A stretch of 64,000 nucleotides of DNA, from positions 480,001 through 544,000 of the forward strand of contig CAXXHO010000003.1 of assembly GCA_963667725.2 (NCBI GenBank), written 5' to 3'. The notes beneath the pieces were generated by a model that saw only the letters and a list, made by a program, of their open reading frames with translations, did not search any database and was not told the DNA's origin. Source of the stretch: Treponemataceae bacterium. Lineage in GTDB: Bacteria; Spirochaetota; Spirochaetia; Treponematales; Rectinemataceae. The first letter of the stretch is position 1. Each line of letters opens with the position of its first letter. Below, piece after piece: positions 22,074 to 30,537 of this stretch. The position numbers were made by a program, and so were the translations under genes.

Positions 22074-23156
22074 ATGAAGTCCTTTGATCCCAGTAAACCG
22101 TATGATGCCCTTCCTCTTTTACCTCCCGATCGCTCTAGAGTTGAGACTATTGCAGTATTGCGCCAGGAAAATAAGGCTATAGCTGCATTAGCAGAATTAA
22201 AGGGCTTGGCTAATATTATACCTAATCAGTCGATACTGATAAATGCGATTGTGCTTCAAGAAGCTAAAGATAGTTCAGAAATAGAAAACATCATTACGAC
22301 AAAGGATGAATTGTATAAAGCTATTTCTTCAACTACAAAAAAATATGATCCAGCAACAAAAGAAGTAATGTTTTATAGGGAAGCATTATATGAAGGATTT
22401 AAGAAAATAAAAGAAAGAGATCTTTTATCCATGAATGATATTATTACTTTACAGCAAATATTGGTACAAAATAATGCTGGCATAAGGAAGTTACCTGGTA
22501 CTACATTAGCCAATGATAAGACAGGCGAGATTATCTATACGCCTCCTCAGAGTGAAGAAGCTATCAATTCGTTGACGGCCAACTTGGTTAAGTATCTTAA
22601 TGATGGTGAAGTAACCTTAATAAAGATGGCAATTTTGCATTACCAGTTTGAATCGATACATCCTTTTTATGATGGAAATGGAAGAACAGGACGGATAGTA
22701 AATATACTATATTTACTATTAAAGCAGTATTTAGATATACCAATACTTTACCTAAGTTCATATATAATAAAAAATAAGGAATTATATTACAAACTTTTGC
22801 TTGGTGTCACTAAAGATGAGAAATGGGAAGACTGGATTATTTACATATTAAAAGGAGTTGAAGAAACTTCCAGAGAGACTATTGTCAAAATAAAGCAAAT
22901 AAAGAATCTATTAGATAGAACGATAGAGAGAGTAAAAGAACAAGCTCCCAAAATATATTCTAAAGAGCTTGTTGAGACATTATTTGTAAATCCGTATTGT
23001 AAAGTCGAGTTTATAACCAGTTCGATTGGCGTAGAGCGAAAAGCAGCTTCAAGATACCTACATCAGTTAGTAGAAGTTGGAATACTCGAAGAATATAAGG
23101 TTGGAAAAGAAAATATTTTTATTAATAAGGATTTACTGGAAATCCTGAAAAAGTAA
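22074..23156 (+). CDS. Fic-family adenylyltransferase with a C-terminal HTH (cassette-borne)
   Basis: HPFYDGNGRTGR active site; EAKDSSEIEN; ATG at 22074. Confidence 0.93.
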   Translation: MKSFDPSKPYDALPLLPPDRSRVETIAVLRQENKAIAALAELKGLANIIPNQSILINAIVLQEAKDSSEIENIITTKDELYKAISSTTKKYDPATKEVMFYREALYEGFKKIKERDLLSMNDIITLQQILVQNNAGIRKLPGTTLANDKTGEIIYTPPQSEEAINSLTANLVKYLNDGEVTLIKMAILHYQFESIHPFYDGNGRTGRIVNILYLLLKQYLDIPILYLSSYIIKNKELYYKLLLGVTKDEKWEDWIIYILKGVEETSRETIVKIKQIKNLLDRTIERVKEQAPKIYSKELVETLFVNPYCKVEFITSSIGVERKAASRYLHQLVEVGILEEYKVGKENIFINKDLLEILKK

Positions 23157-23159
23157 AAA

Positions 23160-23284
23160 ACATGACACACGCTTCAACCTTATAACGCTCTTTGTCACGC
23201 ATCTTGCGGGAAGAGTTCACAAGATGCGCGCCAATCCCTCGCTTCGCTCGGGAGCGAGTGGTTAAGGTTATGCCAACGATAGAC
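23160..23284 (+). other. attC-like site (degenerate)
   Basis: Shares cttcaacc.tataacgc...cgccaatc...gcttcgctc...ggtta with the attC sites at 39671 and 40662. R'' ACATGAC is complementary to GTCATGT at 21925. Confidence 0.75.
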
Positions 23285-23478
23285 CGATAGCCGCCTTAAA
23301 AAACAGAAAGATTGAAATAACCTCTCCAATATTCAATCAAAATCGAGAAAGCACGATGTTTTTCATATAGCTGTCATTTTTTAAAATTATTTTAAAATAG
23401 GTCTTGTAAAGCATTTTTAATCAATATATCCCTTGTTTTAAGGATATCCCCTACATCTTAACAAAGGAAGTTGATTGT

Positions 23479-24456
23479 ATGAATCAGGAAAAAATCAAAG
23501 AGCTTGAAAAGACGATAAGCAGTGACTACAGCAATATTGCTGGCATTATTGTTCAAAAATGCGGCGTAAAATTATTTGAAAACTACTTTAATGGATATAC
23601 CGCCGATAAGGCCGTTCATATGTATTCGGTGACTAAAAGCGTTATTTCCGCGTTGATCGGTATCGCCATCGATAAAGGTTATATAAAAAGCGTAGACCAA
23701 AAGGTATTGGACTTTTTTCCCGATTACGTTGTCGTAACAGGTGAAAAAACAATACAGCACGTTACGGTCAAAAATCTTCTTACCATGACGGCCCCCTATA
23801 AATATAAGACGGAACCATACGTGGAGTTTTTCGCAAGCCAGAACCCGATTCTAGATGCACTCAATTTATTGGGCGGGGATGGAGTCATCGGGGAATTTAA
23901 TTATTCTGCCATCGGAGGAACCCATATTTTGTCAGGTATCCTTGTGAGGTCGACGGGACAGTCCATACTTGATTTCGCTATGAAAAACTTATTTTCTCCA
24001 CTGGGAATCAACGTTATGCACAATCTGGTGTTGCGTAGTAAAGAAGAACATTTCGCCGTTATGAATGATAAAAACACAAGTGGCTGGGTTGTTGACCCAC
24101 AAGGGATAAACACGGCTAGCTGGGGCCTTTTTTTAACGCCTGCGGATATGACAAAAATTGGTCAATTGTACTTAAATGATGGAACGTGGGGTGGTAACCA
24201 AATTATACCGACCGCGTGGATAAATGAGAGTACAAGAGAACATAGCCGATGCGTCCAATGGGGCAATCTAGCTTATGGCTATCTTTGGTGGATCATTGAC
24301 GGGGATAGCTATGCGGCTCTGGGCGATGGCGGCAATGTTATCTATGTCAATTCAAAGAAAGAAATTATTGTTTCCATCGCTTCGCTTTTCTTGCCAGAGG
24401 CCAAGGATAGAATAGAGTTTATTAAAAAATATATCGAACCAGTTTTTAAGGATTGA
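23479..24456 (+). CDS. Serine hydrolase, beta-lactamase class C-like
   Basis: SVTK (SxxK), LLTMT, FNYS and YGYLWW motifs; no signal peptide. Confidence 0.88.
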   Translation: MNQEKIKELEKTISSDYSNIAGIIVQKCGVKLFENYFNGYTADKAVHMYSVTKSVISALIGIAIDKGYIKSVDQKVLDFFPDYVVVTGEKTIQHVTVKNLLTMTAPYKYKTEPYVEFFASQNPILDALNLLGGDGVIGEFNYSAIGGTHILSGILVRSTGQSILDFAMKNLFSPLGINVMHNLVLRSKEEHFAVMNDKNTSGWVVDPQGINTASWGLFLTPADMTKIGQLYLNDGTWGGNQIIPTAWINESTREHSRCVQWGNLAYGYLWWIIDGDSYAALGDGGNVIYVNSKKEIIVSIASLFLPEAKDRIEFIKKYIEPVFKD

Positions 24457-24563
24457 GAATAACGAATCCTTATTTACCGGGGAGATTGAAAGTATTATAC
24501 GAAGCAGGCGAGTTTAAATTTCATTATTGGTTTGTAGAAGTGTATTGATTTTCAGCGGGTAGA

Positions 24564-24647
24564 TTCAACCTGACTCGGCTATTGTCACAGTTTGTGCTTC
24601 TGGGTTATGCCCAGCACAAACTGTGACAATGTACGCCTCACAGGTTA
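24564..24647 (+). other. Truncated attC-like palindrome
   Basis: ttcaacctg...caggtta with a perfect 18-bp inner inverted repeat (24581-24598/24613-24630); R boxes missing. Confidence 0.6.
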
Positions 24648-25149
24648 GATGATGGCTCCTTCATGAATCTGAACCTCCACCTTGTCGAATTCCACGTTTG
24701 CGAGCACCTTTCTCAGTTCCTCGATATCTTCGTATTCCAGGGTCATTGCTGCACCTCCCCGCAACTTGCCACGGGCTAGTTCGTTGGTGAAAAGGTAGGC
24801 GCGGCTGCCGTAAATTAAGGTACTGACATGGTTCGTTTCAATCAATCATCCCTTGTTTCCTCCAGAAAGTATACAAGATTGATACATACTGGAGGAGAAT
24901 GTGATTAAGTTGCATCTTGTGAATATGGAAGAACTCAAAGACTATTACTCAATCAAGGTATGAGTAATAGTTCGCCGGCAGAGCCATCCGCTTCATTATG
25001 CCGAGATTCTGCCGAAATATAGTCAATTTCTTCAAGTTTTCGGTGCGTTTTTCCTCGATATTTTTCTACCATTGAAAAATGCTTCTGTACTCCAATGTTC
25101 CGAATACTCGGTACTTGAAAATATATACCTTGATAATGGAACATTCGGT

Positions 25150-25395
25150 ATGGCCAGCTCAAATTCCAAACTCATCGCGGCGTTCACCCAGTCCCCTGTT
25201 ATGCGTTCTCGGGATCTTGTGAAAGCCGGCATTCCTCGCATCGAGCTGTCGCGTGCCCTGGCCGCGGGACAGATTCGGAAGCTTGTTCGTGGGATCTATT
25301 GCCTGAAGGATTACCGACCAAGCGAGCATGGTGATCTCGCCCTCATCATAGGGAAGGCAATAGGTCATCTATGGACTGTACTAGCTTATCTTTGA
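25150..25395 (+). pseudogene. Truncated AbiEi-type (type IV TA) antitoxin
   Basis: RSRDLVKAGIPRIELSR...RKLVRGIY N-terminal wHTH; ends after about 80 aa; no AbiEii partner. Confidence 0.7.
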
Positions 25396-25569
25396 TGCCG
25401 CTGGAGTATGGACCACGATTCGATCTTTCTTCGGAACAGGCTTCTTCTTTACGGTTGTCACCGTCATCGAGATAATGGCTCCTTCATGAATCTGAACCTC
25501 TACCTTGCCGAATTCAACATTGGCGAGCGCCTTCCTCAGTTCTTCAATATCTTCGTATTCCAGGGTCAT
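25381..25569 (-). CDS. Small YezD/DUF2292-like protein
   Basis: LANVEFGKVEVQIHEGAI pattern; GAGGAG RBS; two decayed copies nearby. Confidence 0.6.
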   Translation of the reverse strand: MTLEYEDIEELRKALANVEFGKVEVQIHEGAIISMTVTTVKKKPVPKKDRIVVHTPAASKIS

Positions 25570-25596
25570 CGATGCTCCTCACATGGTGTATATCTA

Positions 25597-27072
25597 TTAA
25601 TTTGCCAGCAACGAAACCCGCTTCGCTTTACCCAGATTCTGTACGAAACTCGCTAGTTTTCGCGCATTTTCTACCCGTTCTTCTTCGGGTATGTGCTCCT
25701 CATCGAAGGATATCCCCGTGCTCCAACGCTCAGGCGTGGTCCGTGGACTCGTTGATGTTGGAGAGGCTTGCATGAGCGAGAGGATCTCCTGGATGTTCTT
25801 CGTGAAGCTTATGAACGTGAAGGACCACTGTCGTTTCTCAAGAGGCGTCTCTTTCGGCATACGCTTCTGAGCGAACCAGAGTTCCCGCCAGTTCTCGAAG
25901 TAGTAATCCACCGCGCGCTGCGCGAGTGTGTTGTTCTTCCCTAAGGCTTCATAAAGCTCCTTTGCCGCGTGGTTTGCCCGTTCATCAGGAAGGAGCGTGA
26001 TCCCCGTCACTTGATTGTACTTTCTGAACCAATAGCCGGCGATCTTGAATTGGGGGAGTTCCGAAAAGATGATGGGCTCATTTGCCGACGCCCCGCGGGA
26101 TGAAGTCTCTTGGATTGGAGTCTGATCCTCACACGCGCGCGTCTTCTCTTCTTCTGCTTCTTTATATGAGTCTATATATGCAGGCGTGACATCGTGTGAC
26201 ATGTCACAAAACGGGAGGCGTGACGTCACGCGTGACATGTCCGTGACATCGACCGTGACATCGACCGTGACAGGGGGCGTGACATCAGCCGTGACATCGG
26301 GTGTGACATCAGCCGTGACATCGGGTGTGACATCGGATGTGACATTGGCTGTGACATTAGGCGTGACATTAGGCGTGACATTAGGCGTGACATCGGCGGT
26401 TCTTTCTCCCGATGCATCATGATCCTGAGGTTGCGTTCCTGCGAGCGCCTTCCTGCGTTCCCGCTCTCGCCGCTTGCGTTCGAGTGCGGAGGAATCACCA
26501 CCATCGGATGCAAATTGCCGCTTCTCCCATCCATGGATCCGGAACTCGTCCTGCTCGTCCGTCTCAAGCAGACCGGCGCCTTTCAACTGGGTGAGCGCTG
26601 TCTCGACCGCCCCGCCATCCATCCGCAGAAAAAAAGCAAGGTCTTCATTACCAGGCAGATAGCCTTCCCTGCCTTCTTCCTTCACGATGCACAGGAGGTT
26701 GATCCACGTCTTGAACAGGTCGCCGGGGAGCCGTTGTACCTTCGGATCGTTGTACAGCTCGACATACAGGCGAAGCCATCCGTAGGAAGCGCCATTCTGC
26801 CGCTCTTCCCAGTTGTGGATACACCAGGCACCTTCAGGATCGACATCAAGAAGCTTTGCCTCGTGAAGTCTTTCAAGGGCCAGCCTGGCTGCTTCTGGCT
26901 CCTTCCTGAGGTAGTACGCGATATCCTCGAGTGGCGGAAGCCGCCCGCTCGTGTCCTTGTTCTTCGCGATGCACAAGAGGTTTATCCATGTCTTGAACTG
27001 CTCTCCCGATACTCTCTGAACCTTTGGCTTGTTCGGAATATCCGTGTAGAGTCTGAACCATGGCTGTTGCAT
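25597..27072 (-). CDS. Phage-type replication initiator with a duplicated N-terminal domain
   Basis: WFRLY...PKVQ...FKTWINLLCI occurs twice, then ERKRRERERRK and a repeat linker; ATG at 27072 after AAGGAG. Confidence 0.8.
   Translation of the reverse strand: MQQPWFRLYTDIPNKPKVQRVSGEQFKTWINLLCIAKNKDTSGRLPPLEDIAYYLRKEPEAARLALERLHEAKLLDVDPEGAWCIHNWEERQNGASYGWLRLYVELYNDPKVQRLPGDLFKTWINLLCIVKEEGREGYLPGNEDLAFFLRMDGGAVETALTQLKGAGLLETDEQDEFRIHGWEKRQFASDGGDSSALERKRRERERRKALAGTQPQDHDASGERTADVTPNVTPNVTPNVTANVTSDVTPDVTADVTPDVTADVTPPVTVDVTVDVTDMSRVTSRLPFCDMSHDVTPAYIDSYKEAEEEKTRACEDQTPIQETSSRGASANEPIIFSELPQFKIAGYWFRKYNQVTGITLLPDERANHAAKELYEALGKNNTLAQRAVDYYFENWRELWFAQKRMPKETPLEKRQWSFTFISFTKNIQEILSLMQASPTSTSPRTTPERWSTGISFDEEHIPEEERVENARKLASFVQNLGKAKRVSLLAN
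26243..26392. repeat. 13 GTGACA units at exact 12-bp period; putative iteron origin
   Basis: GTGACA at 26243, 26255, ... 26387, plus off-register copies (26186-26237) and an AT-rich patch near 26160-26180. Confidence 0.85.
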
Positions 27073-27130
27073 ACGACGCTCCTTCTCTCTTTCCGTTCCT
27101 TCCGTTACCGTCTCCGAAATTGACCCTTGC

Positions 27131-27775
27131 CTACGCCACAGCGGCGATTGCCCCGTTTGAAATCCTTCCCTTGAGCTCACCAATCAACTCGCCAAGTTTC
27201 GCCCCCAAATCCTCGACCGCTGTGTATGCCATGAGTTCGTCCTGGATCACTTCGAGTTTTCCGATGAGTTCCCGGATCCCCTGCGGCACCTGATCACCCT
27301 CTGATTCCCTCGCATCACTTACCGCCGGCACCGGATCGTCATAGGGACGCATCGTCTCGGGTTTTGCCGAAACCGTCTCACGAGGGAAGGGCTGTGGCCC
27401 TGGGAAAGGCTTCTTCGTCTCAGCTCTGCCTGCGTTTGTCTCACCTCTGACTTCGATCCGTACTTTTACAGGCGCCTCGATGACCTGGGGATTGTCCACG
27501 AAGGCCAACACTTCCTGAGGGCCGTGTTTCGTACTCTCCACTTTGACGAGGGAGAAGAGGATCTCCTTCGCCTGGGACTTCCGGTACTCGATGGCCGCGA
27601 CGGTATTGTCCCACTCGAAGCATTTGTGGAGTTCGGAGTTCTTCTTCAAGTACGCTTCCTGAACCAGATCCTTCGGCCGTACCGACGCCCCGCCGATTGT
27701 CAGGATCTCGCGCGCGATCGCCTGAGGGTCCGCCTTCTTCGCTAGGGGGGAGTCCTCTTTCCACTTGTACACCAT
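27131..27775 (-). CDS. Conserved phage-type protein downstream of the RAMP-like gene and RNA
   Basis: ELHKCFEWDNTVAAIEYRKSQA motif recalled from phage hypothetical proteins; AAGGAG RBS. Confidence 0.7.
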   Translation of the reverse strand: MVYKWKEDSPLAKKADPQAIAREILTIGGASVRPKDLVQEAYLKKNSELHKCFEWDNTVAAIEYRKSQAKEILFSLVKVESTKHGPQEVLAFVDNPQVIEAPVKVRIEVRGETNAGRAETKKPFPGPQPFPRETVSAKPETMRPYDDPVPAVSDARESEGDQVPQGIRELIGKLEVIQDELMAYTAVEDLGAKLGELIGELKGRISNGAIAAVA

Positions 27776-27787
27776 TCACTACTCCTT

Positions 27788-27927
27788 ACTGTGTTTCCAC
27801 AGTGCCGTCTGATGCCACCTTGCAGGGAGATCCCCTTCAAGGCCATTCTTTGCCGGGCATATGACACGCCCAACCGCGCCTCGCCATGACTAGCAAAACC
27901 TCGCCGGACCAAACCTTTACCTATCTG
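27788..27927 (-). ncRNA. Putative guide RNA: GGY-NN pentamer tract plus 3' hairpins
   Basis: Minus strand reads GGTAA-A-GGTTT GGTCC GGCGA GGTTT TGCTA GTCAT GGCGA GGCGC GGTTG GGCGT GTCAT, then CCTTG...CAAGG and ACTGTG-GAAA-CACAGT hairpins. Boundaries approximate. Confidence 0.72.
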
Positions 27928-28548
27928 CTACTTTGAAGATTCTTCTGTTTTGTTGGCCGACTCGATGGCCACATGGAAACAGCCGAACTGACCATCGCAC
28001 TCCGGTCTCCATTCCCCCACACCGACACCGAATCCCGCCAGGTTGAACAGGTTTACGAGCTGTTCGAGGCTGATCTTGTCCGCGTTGAACCGTACCCGCA
28101 CTGACGTCGTCCATGTCCTGAACTCAGGTCGATAGCGTATGTCGGCGACGCCCATGCCGACGCGGACCGTGTCCTCCCTCATCGAAGGCTCGCCCTCGAT
28201 GGCGACGAGATCGCTTCCGTTCTCTCCATCGATGAAGAAGGATCCCCGGAGCTCCGTCATCTTCATGCCTTCGGCGAACCGTCCGCCGGCGGATACCGCG
28301 GCAGCCTTGAACCCGATAGCGGGGAAGCCATAACGCCCGTCCGGAAGACGGTAGAACGATGCCTGGTATTCCTCTTCCGGATCCTTGGCAACTCGTGCGT
28401 TTTTGGCTTTCTTCATCTGCTTGTCGAGCATGGCTTTCTTAACCTTCTCGCTCCATGCATGGACGATGAGGGGTGTATCCCCGATGATGCGGATCTCGGT
28501 GTATTTGACGTTGATCGGTTTGATTTCGATGACTTCAAGATTTGCCAT
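27928..28548 (-). CDS. Solo Cas7/RAMP-like protein
   Basis: IRIIGDTPLIVH (RAMP beta1-like), FPAIGFKAA (Csm3/Cas7 PxxxxKGa-like) and a C-terminal G-rich loop AGFGVGVGEWRP..GQFGCFHV. Confidence 0.75.
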   Translation of the reverse strand: MANLEVIEIKPINVKYTEIRIIGDTPLIVHAWSEKVKKAMLDKQMKKAKNARVAKDPEEEYQASFYRLPDGRYGFPAIGFKAAAVSAGGRFAEGMKMTELRGSFFIDGENGSDLVAIEGEPSMREDTVRVGMGVADIRYRPEFRTWTTSVRVRFNADKISLEQLVNLFNLAGFGVGVGEWRPECDGQFGCFHVAIESANKTEESSK

Positions 28549-28966
28549 GTACGTACTCCTTTGACTTTTCTGTCTTCTCTTTAATCCAGGAAACGGGGAT
28601 CGCCCCGCGGTATAGGTACCAATGGGAACCGTCGGAATGCCCCGCGAGATTGAACAGCATGAGATCCATGGGGCTCATGTGGAAGATCATGCGGGCAGCC
28701 GTATTCCATGGAACCACGCTTGAACCTTCTTGGATCTCGATCGTGAAGCGAACCTCCGTGCGGTCACCGCACTTTCCCGTCAGGTTCGTCGCCCAGTGTT
28801 GAGCGGTGAACCTGGGATCATCGGTGAGCCAGAGATAGCCGCGGAATACCCTGGATCCGTCTTTGTAGGGGAGGTACACGCCGCCCACGGCTATTCCTTC
28901 CCGTACTATCCCTTTTGCGCATTCGCGGTTCGTAAAATGGTACAGCTTCACTCTTTCTGCCTCCAT
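28535..28966 (-). CDS. Small ADP-ribosyltransferase-fold-like phage protein
   Basis: KLYHFT...IVREGI...LWLTDD...WYLYRGAIP pattern; fold assignment is inferred. Confidence 0.5.
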   Translation of the reverse strand: MEAERVKLYHFTNRECAKGIVREGIAVGGVYLPYKDGSRVFRGYLWLTDDPRFTAQHWATNLTGKCGDRTEVRFTIEIQEGSSVVPWNTAARMIFHMSPMDLMLFNLAGHSDGSHWYLYRGAIPVSWIKEKTEKSKEYVHGKS

Positions 28967-29039
28967 CAGGCACCCCTCTCATGATGGTGTCATGATCCGT
29001 CATGACAGCGTCATGATTCACTTCAGTTTCATCTCTTCC

Positions 29040-29294
29040 TCAAAACGGGATATCATCATCGCCAGCTGCGTCAGGAGCTGTGGGTACGGAATTCTCACGA
29101 GGGAACCATGCTTCGATGAAATAGAGCGGGAATTTGCCGCCTTCGACATACTTTTCATTCTTCACGAGCCGGCAGAAAAGCTTCTCCCCTGCAGGCAGAT
29201 TGATACCGATATCGCTCTCGATTTCTCCGGAGACCGAAACGATCTTTACTCCATTCTCTTCTTTCACCTTCTTCCACAGCGATCCTATCCTCAC
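29040..29294 (-). CDS. DUF736-like/SSB-like small protein
   Basis: RIGSLWKK...SGEI; acidic DDDIPF SSB-type tail; AAGGAGG RBS. Confidence 0.7.
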   Translation of the reverse strand: MRIGSLWKKVKEENGVKIVSVSGEIESDIGINLPAGEKLFCRLVKNEKYVEGGKFPLYFIEAWFPRENSVPTAPDAAGDDDIPF

Positions 29295-29318
29295 CTCAAA
29301 CCTCCTTTACTAACGTCA

Positions 29319-29386
29319 AAGATTGTAAAAACCCTCCCTAGGGCGTACTCTTGAAGTACGACCAACAATTTCTTCCCGAAGGAGGG
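29319..29386 (-). repeat. Structured attenuator-like repeat, copy 1
   Basis: 29341-29386 matches 36251-36296 at 43 of 46 nt. Confidence 0.8.
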
Positions 29387-29508
29387 ACAAACGCGCACTT
29401 TTGGAATTGAAGAATGGGAAGTTTTTGCTGTTCTAAACTGCCCTATCTGCGGTGAACCAATCGGATTGAGTCGTGAACAAATCACGAGCATGCTTGAATC
29501 GAGGAAGT

Positions 29509-29922
29509 TCACGTTCTCTTGCTCCCGGGGGCTTGTCTCTGAATTTCATCCCCTTGCGTTGAAGAAGGCTCTCGAGAAAGGCGATCGGGATCAAATGCAG
29601 AAACGGGAATCAAGATCGGGAAGATGATCCCCTCAGGAGCACCGTAGAAATTGTTGTAGATGGAGGCGCCCATCTCCTCCAGGAGTGCAGCGAGCTTGGC
29701 TTCAAAGGCGATTCTTCCGCCCCACCGGGTGTAGCGCATCATGTTTTCCCAACATTCCGGCTGTATTGCCGAAACGCCCCGCACAGTGTCTTCCTTTCCG
29801 ATCTCCAGGAGTTCCGAATAGAAGACTTTGAACGCTTCGAGCATCATTTCTTCATAGGATTGATTAGGCATTCTTTTCCTCTTGTTTCCTGTGGGGGTGC
29901 ATCCTGGGGGCGAAAAATTCAA
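29509..29922 (-). CDS. Hypothetical protein
   Basis: Co-oriented ORF overlapping its neighbours; start uncertain. Confidence 0.5.
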   Translation of the reverse strand: MNFSPPGCTPTGNKRKRMPNQSYEEMMLEAFKVFYSELLEIGKEDTVRGVSAIQPECWENMMRYTRWGGRIAFEAKLAALLEEMGASIYNNFYGAPEGIIFPILIPVSAFDPDRLSREPSSTQGDEIQRQAPGSKRT

Positions 29923-30194
29923 TCATGGACGGGGTTCTCCTTGCTCTTTGAATCAGCGACACCGCTCGCTTGATCAACCAAAAGGGTTGTACCGTCATCC
30001 GGAAGTCTGATCTCGATGTTGAGTGTGTTGAATGCATTTGAACCGCGGATGATGACCTCGGCATCGAGACCGGCGTCCTTGAGCATCCCTGCGATCTCAT
30101 CGAAGATGGCGCGGACTGCTTTCTGTCGAATGGCTTTCGCCTTTGTATAGGCGACAACCGATTCCCGCATTGAATCACTCGCTTTCAAATACAA
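29919..30194 (-). CDS. Hypothetical protein
   Basis: AAGGAGG RBS before TTG; sits within the operon. Confidence 0.6.
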   Translation of the reverse strand: MYLKASDSMRESVVAYTKAKAIRQKAVRAIFDEIAGMLKDAGLDAEVIIRGSNAFNTLNIEIRLPDDGTTLLVDQASGVADSKSKENPVHD

Positions 30195-30201
30195 CCTCCT
30201 T

Positions 30202-30537
30202 TCATGCTTCTTGCGGTAGTTTCACCGCACTCAAGTCAAAACGATCCTTCAGCCAAGAAACCGCATTGGCGATCGCCTCCTCGCGGGAATGGGCCGCATA
30301 CGCAGGTCCATGTGCCCTGAAGGGCTGGAAATCACCGCCGCATCCTTTCACGGGGATGGCATAGCGCATGCCCCATATCCATAGACCATTCTCGAGCTTC
30401 CGAAGCTTGACCTTTCCATACTGGAAGGGGACTTCCTCGACCGGGATCCGCGCATCGAGCGCATAGGGATCCTCGGCGTGGAGCGCCTCCTTGGGGATCT
30501 GCTTCGTCATGTCAAGCTCGAGTTGCCCTTTGCTCAT
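30202..30537 (-). CDS. Hypothetical protein
   Basis: ATGA-coupled to the upstream gene. Confidence 0.65.
   Translation of the reverse strand: MSKGQLELDMTKQIPKEALHAEDPYALDARIPVEEVPFQYGKVKLRKLENGLWIWGMRYAIPVKGCGGDFQPFRAHGPAYAAHSREEAIANAVSWLKDRFDLSAVKLPQEA

Noticed and set aside
23479..24456. Beta-lactam resistance gene
   Set aside because: No signal peptide and resembles cytoplasmic serine hydrolases; resistance cannot be claimed from sequence.
26186..26400. 12-bp repeats as a CRISPR array
   Set aside because: No spacers, period too short, and in frame within rep; better explained as iterons.
27917..28114. Short ORF reaching the start of the GGY tract
   Set aside because: Out of frame within the RAMP-like gene and stops at 27917, so the in-register tract is non-coding.
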